Assembly (NCBI GenBank): GCA_022813865.1
Contig: JALDZX010000035.1
Location: forward strand, 62,001 to 126,000
Length of the DNA stretch: 64,000 bases
Source of the DNA: Xylographa opegraphella
Lineage: Eukaryota
Reading direction: 5' to 3'
The position numbers and the translations under genes were made by a program. Positions 12,109 through 23,717 of the stretch are shown piece by piece; within the stretch, counting starts at the first letter, position 1; each line of letters begins with the position of its first letter. The notes under the pieces were generated by a model. It was not told the origin of the DNA and ran no database searches. It worked only from the letters and a program-made list of their open reading frames with translations.

Positions 12109-13704
12109 TCAGGACTCTAGAAGTAGTCCTAACATTCCTTCCGTTTGCCAGGCTTGCTGCGATTTCCTAACCTCACGTCGAACCTGGTCATGCAAGCGTT
12201 TCAGGAGAGTATCGATATGGTTGGATTGTCCCATCTGCGTCGCATACAGATCTAGGACGAGTAAGCCGATATCAACACAAAGTGCAAGGTGCTGGGGATT
12301 GGTGATGAATTTGCAGATCCAGCTCAAGATAGGTCGGAGCGTGATTTCGTCCCTTCCTGAAAGCGCTGTCCTCATTGCGGAACGATGGCGAAGAGCTACC
12401 AACAGCGTCAAGGTGGCAGAGAGTTCCCCAGATCGAAGGACTTCGTCAAGCGCAACGGAATACTTGCCTGACCGCAGCAAACGCTCCCAATCCTTAGGCT
12501 TGGCTCGACGCTCTCTCTCATTACCCTCGATGATCACATCTGCGCCTTCTCCAGTGAAGTCACGACCGCGCAGCCGCTTCCTGAGACCACTTGGCAGCTT
12601 CTTGGCCCTCTTCTTATCTAGTTCTTCGATATTGCCCTCGATCAATGCTTGCATCTCTTTCTGCCTCTCTCGCTCCTTGACCTTTTGCTGCCCTGACAGG
12701 CGTGTCTTGATCGACAAGAGACCCGACTGCAACCCGACTGCGAGATGTCTGTCCTCTCCTCCATGACCAGCACTGATGACGCTCAACGCAAGAATTGGCG
12801 AGGGATACTTCGATCCAGCCACAACATTCCAGCCAGTTGTTTCAAAGATCTTGACGTGTCCATCCAATCCACCACTTACAAGCCTGCTGCTTTTGGAGGC
12901 GAAAGATAAAGATGTAACGGTTTTCTGATGGCTCTGCAAGATGTGTAATGGCCGTCCAGCAACAATATCGAGCACAGATATTTGGTTATCCGCTGCTGCC
13001 AGAATTGTAGTGCCTGATGGCATTGGCAGAACACATTCGACCGGCGCAGCATGTTTGAATGTCATAACAGCGCTTGTCGAGGCTCTTGGATCCCAAAGCC
13101 TGACAGTCTGATCGTAGCTGCCTGACACCACAAGACCAGACGCCTGTCCTGGCATGAACGCGCCAGTCCTAACATAGTCCTGATGTCCAGCAAAAGTTGT
13201 AGTGCTTTCCTGACTAGGTAGGTCCCAAAGACGAACAGTTTGGTCGTCACTCGCACTCATCAAAGTCGTCAGCTCTGTTGAAGAGAACTTTGTTGTCCAA
13301 ACTGGCTGCTTGTGTTCCTTCCATGTCTTGAGAATAGCTCGAGAGTGAACATCGAACACCTGTATAGCGCCCGACTCATCCCCAGCAACCATGACCCGTC
13401 CATCTCGCCTGATCTCAGCACCATGTGCAACATCGTCAAATCTTGCAATGGTCTTGATGAGTTTGCGCGACCTGATGGAAAAAATCTGCACTCGCGTGCC
13501 AGTAGTAACCACAAAATAGTCTGATGGCTGTGTAGCAGCATCTAGCGGAAGGGAAGGAAAGGAGATATTCGTGATAGGAGTGTTGGAAGGTGAGGGTACA
13601 AGCTGCTGAGATTTGAATGTGCGCCAATATATTTGTTCTGGCGTCAGGGGCGAGGGGCCAGGGGGAAGCTTCACTGGCTGTAGAGGCAATACAGGGACCG
13701 ACAT
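12109..13704 (-). CDS. UTP15: U3 snoRNP (SSU processome) WD40 protein Utp15
   Basis: Intronless 531-aa ORF with WD40 repeats (SASDDQTVRLWD, GHQDYVR, SGSYDQTVRLWD, HQKTVTSL) and a Utp15 C-terminal domain (LRHRSAMRTALSGRDE). Confidence 0.9.
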   Translation of the reverse strand: MSVPVLPLQPVKLPPGPSPLTPEQIYWRTFKSQQLVPSPSNTPITNISFPSLPLDAATQPSDYFVVTTGTRVQIFSIRSRKLIKTIARFDDVAHGAEIRRDGRVMVAGDESGAIQVFDVHSRAILKTWKEHKQPVWTTKFSSTELTTLMSASDDQTVRLWDLPSQESTTTFAGHQDYVRTGAFMPGQASGLVVSGSYDQTVRLWDPRASTSAVMTFKHAAPVECVLPMPSGTTILAAADNQISVLDIVAGRPLHILQSHQKTVTSLSFASKSSRLVSGGLDGHVKIFETTGWNVVAGSKYPSPILALSVISAGHGGEDRHLAVGLQSGLLSIKTRLSGQQKVKERERQKEMQALIEGNIEELDKKRAKKLPSGLRKRLRGRDFTGEGADVIIEGNERERRAKPKDWERLLRSGKYSVALDEVLRSGELSATLTLLVALRHRSAMRTALSGRDEITLRPILSWICKFITNPQHLALCVDIGLLVLDLYATQMGQSNHIDTLLKRLHDQVRREVRKSQQAWQTEGMLGLLLES

Positions 13705-13996
13705 GGTAAGTCAAAGCTATGGCTTTCTGGGATTCATGCTCCTTGAGTTGTTGAATTGCCCGATCTCAAAATGAAAGATTCAGGTCTATTTCATTTATTC
13801 TTCGAAATTATTATTCGGTCCCACTTTAGGATAGGGCTTAGCGGTGCGTACATCGCTGCTTAAGTCCGCTCTATCTCCTCAGTGCACACAATCACTCCAT
13901 GAACTACCTTGAGGTATTCATTCATTCACCTGAGTGGTTGGCTTGCCCGCCCTGTCAAGATTCCGCGCAATCGATTGGAGATTTGAAGAATGTGCT

Positions 13997-14296
13997 ATGG
14001 CTGAACAGGTTTTGAAGATCCATCTCGACCGTATACTTTCATCGCGACAACATCCGAAGACAATCTGTCCCTCAGAAGCTCCCCGTGCTCTGTCAGCCCC
14101 AGAGCTGCGTCGCTTGGGCGCGTCAGACTGGAGAGATTTGATGCCCGAAGTGCGTAGGATTCTCTGGGCGATGCGCGATGAGGGAGAAGTGGAAATACTG
14201 CAGAAAGGTGTTGCTTTAGCCGACGACCTTGCGAGTGAGGATGTTGTAGGACCAATAAGAGCACGAAAGGTAGAGAGTGGTAAATCTACTGCATAG
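13997..14296 (+). CDS. Small DUF3253-family protein
   Basis: ATG at 13997. The motifs KTICPSEAPRAL, WRDLMPEVR, GEVEILQKG and GPIRAR match the DUF3253 pattern. Confidence 0.8.
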   Translation: MAEQVLKIHLDRILSSRQHPKTICPSEAPRALSAPELRRLGASDWRDLMPEVRRILWAMRDEGEVEILQKGVALADDLASEDVVGPIRARKVESGKSTA

Positions 14297-14474
14297 GCGA
14301 GGTTAAAGACTCATCCATTTGGAGTCATAACTCTATTGGTGAATCAGGCAACAGGCAACTGCCAACAACTAAGAGGTCAAGATCCTCCACGACTTATGGC
14401 TTCCATATCACAATACCGAACAAACTTTACACACCAAGTCCAATTATATCGCTGCTGTTCAAATCGTCGCAGCC

Positions 14475-15260
14475 ATGGCTAGTCAAACCATTGTTCTGGA
14501 GGACTCACCTTCCGATCTTAGCACCAAAGTGGAAGTCCGCAAAGTTGATTTCACGCAAACACAGCTACCCGAATACGCCGGTCATTACGCCGTCGTCCTC
14601 GACAATGTGCTTACGGCGACCGAGTGCAATCGACTCATTCAAGCCGCTGAGGCGAGCACCTCTGCTGGCTGGCAGCCCGCCATGATAAACATCGGTGGAG
14701 GCAGGCAACAGCTCGAACTGGACACCCGAAATTGTGGCCGAATCATCTGGGACGACAGCGAGATTATTGGCAGGATCTGGAAGCGCGTCAAAGACCATGT
14801 CCCAGAGCTGCAGAGCTTCTCTAAATACCCGGGCCAGAAATGGCAGGAAACGTGGCAGATGACAAGACCGAACGAACGGATGCGATTCCTGAAATACGGC
14901 GCGGGGCAGTATTTCGATCGTTAGTCACCACCCTCATTCCTGCACCAGCCAGTGCTTCCAAGCTAATTCTACCTGACAGCACACTGCGATGGGGCCTACG
15001 TGACGCCGGACAAGGGTGAACGCTCATTCTACACGCTGCACCTGTATCTCAACGAGTCCGATCCGGAAGGTCCGGACGGCGAACTGGTAGGAGGATCCAC
15101 AAAATTCCACTCTATGAATATGAAGAGGTCATACAAAGTAGTACCCAAGATCGGGCGGGTGCTAATTTTCCAGCATAGTGGGCTACTACATTCGGGCGAA
15201 GAGGTGCTCTGTGGGATGAAGTACACTTTAAGGACAGATCTCATGTATAAGAAGATATGA
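14475..15260 (+). CDS. 2OG-Fe(II) dioxygenase (prolyl 4-hydroxylase-like), 2 exons
   Basis: Removing intron 14920-14979 gives NERMRFLKY...FDPHCDG (HxD), TLHLYLN, GGST, the distal His in LLHSGEEV and KYTLRTD. Confidence 0.88.
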
Positions 15261-15881
15261 GCCTAAAAGCTCAACAAATGTTGCTAAAGAATCTAATGAA
15301 GCTCGCCTTCCTACGACCTTAGGCTGCGTCGCCTAGATGGCATGTACCAGGTAGCGCACAGCGAATAACATTTCAGAACTCAAAACCAATTCTTATGAGA
15401 AACGACCTCTTCTGATTTGGGAGAATGCGAAAACGAAAGCTCGAAAGCTGCTGCTCTTGATGCTTGTTGCTACATACATACCGCAAGACATGCTTGCCAT
15501 TATGAAGTGCATTAATTATAATGTGTGAAGCCTCTGCCGACACGAACTATGATACCATTATCCTACATCGACATGAAAGCCGTCCATTCGCAAACTCAAT
15601 TTCTATGCGTACCCCATCACAACTCCTCATTTCGAGCTGCTAGCCCAAAGATCTTGGAAGGGGCAATCAGGACTCTATTGAATCCAGAAAACATGAAGAC
15701 GCTCCAACACTTCTATATGAGATAGGCCAGTTCGGGTATACCTACTCACTCTCACGGCGTTTCATTTTGGTAATAACGACCTGTAGCCAACTTCAATACT
15801 CTCTTTGCACAAAGTATAAGACGATCAGCAATGTATGACTCACTCCTAAACGTGACTGACCTAAAAGTGACATATAATATG

Positions 15882-17013
15882 CTAGGGTCCTAACCTCTGG
15901 GTCGACCCCAGAAATGTCATAGGGACCGAACCCTCTCCCAAGGATGCAGACGATGGCGTCGATGTGGGTAAAACGCCATACCTTCCGAACGTTTTCTGGT
16001 CAACAGATACATAGTGTGGAAGTCGTCCTAACAGATTAAGCTTTCCCTCGAGCCAGCGGAGGATCTTCTCGGGAGGAGCTAAGATTTTCAGGTAGCCAAG
16101 ACCATCTAGCAGGGAGGCCGGTTAGCGATGATTATGCCACCAGGAGTCTCGACCGAGGAAATCTTACAGATGTACCCGACTCCAAGAGCACAGAGATGGC
16201 CCAGCAGAGAGGTATATGGAACAAGTGCTGTAACACACACGAGGATGAAGAGAGGAGTAGTCCAAGTAGGTATTTGAACAGTGCTTATGCTATAGAATAT
16301 TCAGAACTGATTCAATGGATGACACGGGTTGCTGTAAAGTCATACCTGAAGGAAGGGTTCGAGCGGTGGGCTTTCATGGCTTCGACACCAAGGAGTACAA
16401 ATACCCATACGCTGACACTTGTCAACATAAGACCTTCTTCGCCATGATCAGGCCGAGACTACCTGGCTCCTTGGACCGCTGTATTGCTTCTTAGAATTCC
16501 TCGCTCCGCAAGAAGGTACAATGCTGCTGGTAACGTGGACAACGCTGACAGGTATCAGTACAGCCAACGTTCATTTGACACAGTAGTAGCTCGTACGTCC
16601 GAAAAACATAGCCAATGTGACCAATGTTCCATTCTCGGCCTCGAATCTCTCCATTAAGGGCGTCAAGGCGAAAGCATTGAACAATGCGTGTAGAAAGTTA
16701 ACGTGAATGAGAGGATAAGTATTAAGGCGGTACACTATAGAAGCCCAGGGCATTAGCTACTTGTTAGCTGAACAGCCAATAGCGCATGCATGGCAAAGGT
16801 TCAATAAAATTGGAATTCCTAGATCTACATACTGGTTCCGAACCCAACTTCCTTTGGCACAAGGCCACCCCAGCGTACGACATCCCATGCTGACTGTAGC
16901 TCCAGGACCCAGAAGACGAAAATTGCAAGTAAGCTTGCACGTGTAAACAGAGGCAGGCGAAAGATGTAGGATCGCAACCTTGCTGGATTGAAGGACGGCA
17001 GAGTGGGTGCCAT
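15882..17013 (-). CDS. Rhomboid-family intramembrane serine protease (Rbd2-like), multi-exon
   Basis: The spliced product has YRLNTYPLIH, HALFN, catalytic GAS and SLLGHL, and ends RLPHYVSVDQKTFGRYGVLP...QRLGP*. Five short GT-AG introns. Confidence 0.85.
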
Positions 17014-17673
17014 GAATTGCGGAGGTAGAGCGTAGTCTGGAACAAGGTCACCGGGCGGATGCGGATACTTTTATGCAGAAAGTCTCCGTTTGATCACAGG
17101 CCATATCCGCACGCAGTATCTGCGTATGGCGTCGGCTGAAACTTGAGTTGAGCTCGCTGGGAATCGAGAAGCGCATTGGACAGAAGTGGAAAGCTTGGCG
17201 CGAACTCCGTGCCCGAGTCCGTCTTGACCTTTGCTTAAGGTAACCTCAACACGGAGTACTCCATAGTTATCAAAGAATATTATTCGACTTTAGCTAAGTG
17301 TGCGTTCCATCAGGCCGTGGTCAATCCATACAAACAATATCATATTCCTCTACGTAACTCAATCGAAAGAGCTATGCATAATGTACGGAGTAGTTTACCA
17401 AGTCAATACCCGGAACGGCTTGGGCTGGGCGACATTACATATGGTAGATGAGTAGCGGAAAGACTTGGAGCGTGAAATGTCTCTTGTCTTTTCATTCTCA
17501 TTGCAGCAGGACGAAGGCAAAGTTTGGTCGGATATGATGGTCTTTGCCAGTCGCAGAATATCAGGACTCTGAATGTGTACACTGGAGCCTTTGTGCGGTT
17601 TCTTCGTCTCTCTATTTTCCGAAAGGAAAAGTCTTCGCTTTTTGCTATGAATTTATGAACCAGAAGCAGATTT

Positions 17674-18312
17674 ATGTCCTTCGGCTTCACGATTAGCGAC
17701 TATATTGCCGTTGCGTCCTTCATTTACAAGACAATTCGCTGCCTCCGCGATGTGGGAGGGCCAAATCGCTATTACGAACAGATAACGACTGAGCTATTGC
17801 ACCTCCAAGTCGCCCTTGTCACGTTTCGCAGAGGTAGTTAGCATGCGGAAGCTATACCTAAGGTACAAGAGTTCAACTTCTCGTCAAAAGGCTGTCGCAA
17901 GACCTTGGATGAATGGCTTATAGCAAATCCGGAATTCGAGAAGCGATTGGGCAAGAGCCATACATCGTTATCGAGGCGAAATTCTCGAGGTTCTGCACTT
18001 GTATGAAGGGTACAATGGAGATTTAAAGAACATCTCCACATCAAGGGTCATACAGCTCAAACTCGCTTCTTACCCGCGAGACCTTTTTCTTGCGCTCAAA
18101 CGCCAGTAAGCGCCCAAGCTCTGCATTGTCAATCCAAGACTAATTATTCTGATAGGAATTTGTCGTATCTCTCTACGGCCGAACCAGACACACCGTCTCC
18201 TCCCCGCGAGAGAGCACAAAGGCCCAATCACACGTTCACACCACGCCCTCTCCACTCTCGGAAGACCATTCGATGCACGGCACAGAAGGCTGCGGTAGCC
18301 CCGACGAATTGA
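17674..18312 (+). pseudogene. Stop-interrupted HeLo-like / fungal STAND N-terminal domain gene
   Basis: Reads MSFGFTISDYIAVASFIYKTIRCLRDVGGPNRYYEQITTELLHLQVAL...*...GCRKTLDEWL...FEKRLG...*RVQW, with in-frame TAG at 17839-17841 and TGA at 18004-18006. A canonical intron lies at 18106-18155. The 3' end is uncertain. Confidence 0.65.
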
Positions 18313-19074
18313 TACGCCCTCGTCGCCCTCACCCTTCACAAGAGAAAATAGCCAGATCCTAGCAACTACAACAACAGTCTCCTCCCCAGTAGCCCAGGAC
18401 GACAGCCAATTCACGCTCCGCATCCCATCCCTGCTCAAAACCAACATTGCCCGAAGCCGCCCATGCACCCATCTAATGACCATCCTCAGTCATCATGAGA
18501 TCACAGCAGCTAGCAGCCTCCGTGCCGGATTCTAGCATACCCTTGCCCTAAGCAAACAATGCAGCGGTACTGAACTACTGGAAGCTTCGGGAGCAGCTTG
18601 GACCATTAGAACAGACAGATCCGGAGAGCCATCGCGGGCACTTGCGCGGTGGGTAAGTTTGGAGGCGAGTCTTACTGGCAGTATACGCGACGGTTGATGT
18701 TGAGGGTTGCATGTGGGCGTGGACGTAAGGTGCCTGGGGCGGAAGGGTAGTGCGATTTTTCCTTGGGGAGGCGGAATATCATCGTGCGAGCTTTTATGGA
18801 AGCTGTTGAGGTATTAGGGTTGCGATAGGTCTGCCGCTTGCAGGATTCATTAGCCGTCGAGCTTGAGGACCGGTTGAACTTGTTCGTTCTACTTGGTCGG
18901 CCATGGAACATGATCCGTCAACACCGAAACAGCGGTGTTGCATTTTCGTAATGCATAGATTTCAGCTATATGATCCACTCCACACAACAGTCAACAAAGC
19001 ATCGCTAAACCTACCGGGGTATCGCCGCAAGTTGGTAACACTTCTCTGCCTCCGCGGACGCGCCGGCAACGGCC

Positions 19075-20908
19075 CTATACCAGCCACCATCCTCCGACAA
19101 CGCCTCTCGCCTCCCTCTCCACCGCCCACGCCTTCACGGCCAGGACGACCACTTCCCACGCCATCAGCAGCGCCGTCAGGCTCATCGCGAGTGTGAACAC
19201 GAACATCGCATTGAGGTCCCTAGCGGCCAGCACGTTCACCACATCCGTATTGCTGAACATGAACAGAGTGCCGCCGGAGATGAGGCAGAAGGCGACCACG
19301 ATCTCCGACGGCGGCCGCGAGGGGAGGTGGGAGGTGGGTGGGGAAAGGTACATGAGCATGTAAGTGGCCCCCCGGGCGAGGGCAGCGGCGAAGAAGAGGT
19401 TTCCCCACATGGAATGCAGTTTGGTTGAAACCATGAGGGACTGGTGGTGTCCGCTCATGAGCATGCCGAGCAGGAGGATGATGATGGCCGGAAGGGGATT
19501 GGTGGAAAAGCCGTAGGTTCTAGGGGGGTGCCATTGGGCGGAAGAGGACATGGATGACGAGGCGAATGGGAGAGCGGAGTTGAGAAGGTCTCTGATTGCA
19601 CGGGACTCGATGAGCATACCGCACTGGAGAATTGTAAGCTGGCGTATTTCATTCCTGAGAACTAGACTCGAAATGCTTACCAAACCCCCACCAAAGAACA
19701 TGACCGAGATCGACACGTGTTCCAGGTCTCCAGCCGACCAGGCTTTGCCACTTTCTCCAAGGTGCTCCAGCCAGACGTTCGTCGCGCCATACAGAAATAT
19801 TAAGAATGATTCCACAAACTCTGCGGTTGGCGCGGCCGCTTTGCGCGCTCCGACAGCGCTTGCGGGCGGCTTGATATTCCAGCTCCAGCCAATATCGGCA
19901 AAACTTCCCATGACTCTACCTAGAGTCAATAACCCATACCAAAAGAAGATACCGCCTTTGATGAAGTGCGCAAGTCCGCTGAAGATGCCGTCAGCTTTCT
20001 ATGTCGTGTTAGTCTCTGTCCAATACTAGGATGCACTTATTGTCTTACGAATATGCCTCCGTAGATTACGAGGCCGGACAGGAGGGCCACGAAGCCAAGA
20101 ATCAGAATCAGCCTATCTACGATATCGTGCAAGACGTAGATACATGTAACCACTTGGTGTTGGGTGGTCGCCAGGAATCTCTTTGAGAAGATGCGCCTGA
20201 TTATACTCTTCGTCCATATATCGCGCTTTTCTCCCATAACGTGTTCCAAGTCGTTGTCGCGGCTGAACATCGGCGTATACTCTCTATCCTCATCGGAGGC
20301 TTGGGGAGAAGCCAACGAGGACTCGCGAGGAGTACTGGGTTCCGTTCCGTGCCCACTATCCTGGGAATATCGATACGGTTGAGCGCCACCCAGGTCTTGG
20401 ACATTCCGGTATTGCGCCATGGTAATCTCATAGGAGGGCTTGGGTGCCATCACAGCACGGCCATATTTCCTTGTGAGGCCTATGATAGCCTGTATGGATA
20501 CTATCCACGTTACCAGCCAGCCCAGCTTGTTATGCACGTTGTTTTCATAAAATTCAGGAGTCTTGTTGTTGTAGATTGTACCAAGCAGAATGCCGACCGC
20601 ATTGATAGAGATAAAGACAAGTTGGGTGGCTGAGGCTAACCGGGCACGTCCAATGCTGAGCATCACACCTATACCGCTATTGTTAGTTCTGTAATAGAGT
20701 ATGACGAGACGCAAGTGTATATACTGATTGGTAGTATAAAAATCCATGCCGCTGTCATGAGAATGACATGAGCGATGATGAAGCCCGAGTATAACGGAAA
20801 GGTAAGATAGGTGTCAGGCGCCAACGTTGTGGAGTTGGTAGAGTTCGACATGATGGCATATGTCAAGTTCTCAATCGCCATTGCATGGTTGTCATCCGAT
20901 ACCTCCAT
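19075..20908 (-). CDS. Ytp1/DUF2427-type polytopic membrane protein (YCR061W-like), multi-exon
   Basis: IAHVILMTAAW, YNNKTPEFYENNVHNKLGW, HFIKGGIFFWYG, EFVESFLIFLYG, DLEHVSISVMFFGGGL, HHQS...LHSMWG and RPPSEIV. The start is taken at the first in-frame ATG (20908). Confidence 0.82.
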
Positions 20909-21960
20909 GTCGAAGCCCCTTTGACAATAGCGACTCTTCGCCGCCGTATGGACAAGTGTTGAGAAGAAGTTGTTGTTTGCTGTGACAGACAAGGTGACAC
21001 ACCTACGTCTGGTACACAGTACCTAAGTGGTCAATATTCACTCAAAGGGACAGACACGGCGTAGGTGGTAGGGCGCTCGAGGTCACAAAGCCATGGGTGG
21101 CCACCCCAGCAATATAAGTATGGCATGATGACAGGAAGCATTACATGAGGTGTAGCCACATCGGTCAGCGGAATTCATCGGATCCGTCGAGGGTCGCCCT
21201 GGTCGAGCTTGGCTGAAAAACTTTCATCAAGCACGGACAAGCAGAAAGATGATTCGTCGAGGGAATACCGGAACGCATCGGTAACGTGTACTCCGTGCTT
21301 TGGGCATAGCAGAGGTAAGAAATGAAACAGACATTTGATGGAATAAAATCCCGGACGAATTGTGCCGACTATAGCATTAGACCACTATAGCATAGAGGGA
21401 GCGACTGTACCCAGGGCCCTTGCCACGCACCGCACCAAGACTCTCACGGTCGGATAGCAAATGATAACCCGACACCGACGGCGGGCAGGATGGCACGGGA
21501 GAAGCACCAAGGCAAGAGAATGTACCATAGTACGGAGGTAGTACGAGCATGTAAAGCCGAGCATGCTGGTAGAGAGCCTCGAGAGCTCAGGCACGCGATG
21601 GGCTACCTGTACCGGTAACCGACACACATTCCAAGAGCAGAAAGCAAAGCACGGGCAGATGGTCTCGCGGATAAGTTAAATCCGACTCCGAATGCCATAC
21701 CGAGTCGAGATGGAGGTCAGCAGCACACCGCAATTTGCCATCTGGAGCCCGTTGCTCAGCACTTTGGCATGCGCTGGAATCATCGACTTCTGACTCAGGG
21801 TGGGTCACAAGATGCACACACCGCCGAATCCAAAGCGCCAGGATTGGCCGTCATTGGACGACGCTGTCGACAGAGAAGTTGTTGTCGAGGGACGACGTTG
21901 GGCAACGCTTCACTCGCTCCCGCTAGTTGATGTGCTGCAACGCATCCGAACATCCCTACA

Positions 21961-21986
21961 GTAAGGTAAGGTAAGGTAGGTAAGGT
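21961..21986. repeat. (GTAAG/GTAG)n short tandem array
   Basis: gtaaggtaaggtaaggtaggtaaggt is seen directly. Confidence 0.85.
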
Positions 21987-22438
21987 GTCCCCGACGTCAT
22001 CCCGTGCACGAGACCGGAACGACCTCCTCTGCATGCACCAGCGAATCATTCTGGGGCTGACAAATCTGATAAGCTGTGTACTACGAGACTACGTACCTAC
22101 TTATTACACCGTAGCATTATGCCATCTTGTACCGAGTGCTCCGTAGATCCCTGTCTGTGTAAGACGTAGACTCTGACAAAGCAGCATTAGTGAGCTTTGG
22201 TAAGGGGCGGTACTTGTGCCTTCCAACGATGACCATATTCATAGTCAGGTAGATACCTTACCTTGTGGATGTACAAGTTCATACTCACTATGGCCCTCGA
22301 GCCCTCCACAAGTCATCGATTTTCTTATCGCAGCCCTACACAACGGAGCTCGGACCCTTGCATAACTTTCTGGTTCGTGATGTTGAGTCCGCCTTGAGAG
22401 CGGCCATTGCCACCGAGCCATCCCAGAGACAATTGACC

Positions 22439-22725
22439 AAAAAAAATGGGAGACCGGGTGGCAAAAAAAACTTCGAGCAGCAGTCAGTGGTTGCCATCCC
22501 GACCAATCACCATGAAAAGGCTCTACATGTTTCGTACTAGAGTGGCCTGTGTTGCTGCCTCACTGGGATGAGCTGTGGGCATGAGCAGTGGCATTATTAT
22601 ACTCCAGGTTCCCACACCCGGATTCGAACCCGTTGCAGGATAGGTGGGAGAGACCACCAAGGCGCATAGACGAATGCACCACCTATTATGAAGAGCATTC
22701 ACTCTATTGCAAAATATATATATTA
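22439..22725 (-). other. Candidate Pol III / tRNA-derived element (TATA-like tract, A box, B box, oligo-T terminators)
   Basis: Minus strand: ATATATATA at ~22714-22722, TGGTGCATTCG at 22681-22671, GGTTCGAATCC at 22630-22620, then T8 runs near 22463-22470 and 22439-22446. It does not fold as a canonical tRNA. Confidence 0.35.
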
Positions 22726-23717
22726 TTTCCAATTCCCAAGCTAGACCTGAAGTGGTCTAGCTCCCAGCCATGCTGAGGGAGGCTTTGGGCAGATGAAGCT
22801 ACCTACTGTATACACGCTGTTCAACTTTCTTCTAGCCTGAAATATCTGAATGGTTATCACAGTAATTATTTGATTGGCAACACTCGATACTGCTTCAGGC
22901 GTCGATACTCGAACCGCTTTCGTCGCCGTCCTTTGACTCGCGTTGTTACATCACGGACTACCTATATCATCAACTCGGCTTCCATCGTCCCGGAACAGAT
23001 TGAGTGAAAATTAAAGCGCTTGAAGGGTAAGACCAAGTAATGTTATAGGGCTCGATAGGGTCAAGACGACGGAACGAGGTTACCGGCCATTACGATTTTA
23101 TCCAGGTTGATGTGCAGATGCATTGCCTTTGCACGGAAGCCTGCCGCCTTGGTTTGAGGGCTTTACTGCTGTAAGATAGCCTAAGAAGCACAAAACCCCA
23201 ACCGGGACGACCTATCAAGCATTGTTCCGTGCAATCTAAGAGATTGCTCGGGCGGCAGCGAACAATTCCGACGCATCTCTCCAGGCAATCAGCGCTATGT
23301 CTCGAGCCCTTGCTGGCTCTCACGTACCACGCCTATCGAAAGACTGAGGGAAGTCTTGCTTCCAGATTGACAAGCTCAGGCGCCCGTTTGACCAATCAGC
23401 TTGTATTATTGCACCATGGCCGCTAATCCGCTTTGTTTGATTTTCAACTATTGCTCTGACGACGGAGCAAAAGGTCACGAGCTATACATAACCCACTATC
23501 AAGCGCTCGCAGGTACCACCCGAGAAAATTCAGCAAAGCGTCAGCCACAGAGAAAAGAGCACAGTCAATAGATTCGTTTAAATTCGGCTAAGTATGAAGC
23601 CCCGTGCTCAACCCCGTCCTTCCATACGAATTTCTCCACGGAACGATTTCGTTCGGGGAAGCCTCCATGCTTTCAGAAGTCTGTTGTTACGGTGCCCAAT
23701 GCCTACCGCCTTCTGCT

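Noticed and set aside
13997..15260. Stop-codon read-through fusion of DUF3253 to the oxygenase, or cryptic PTS1 extensions
   Set aside because: The two ORFs are out of frame. The stops checked (SDR, DUF3253, oxygenase) lack a TGA-CTA context and give no SKL-like extension.
18312..18900. Amyloid signalling motif or NACHT/NB-ARC partner downstream of the HeLo-like gene
   Set aside because: No N/Q/G pseudo-repeat motif or P-loop in the frames read, and no adjacent NLR gene in the window.
22605..22690. Canonical tRNA gene (Glu-like 3' end)
   Set aside because: Acceptor, anticodon and T stems cannot all be formed with the correct spacing. Kept only as a tRNA-like/Pol III candidate.
23060..23350. 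Protein-like stop-interrupted frame (LPPWFEGFTAVR*...YQALFRAI*EIARAAA...)
   Set aside because: No recognisable family, start or splice structure. It cannot be distinguished from chance without a homology search.
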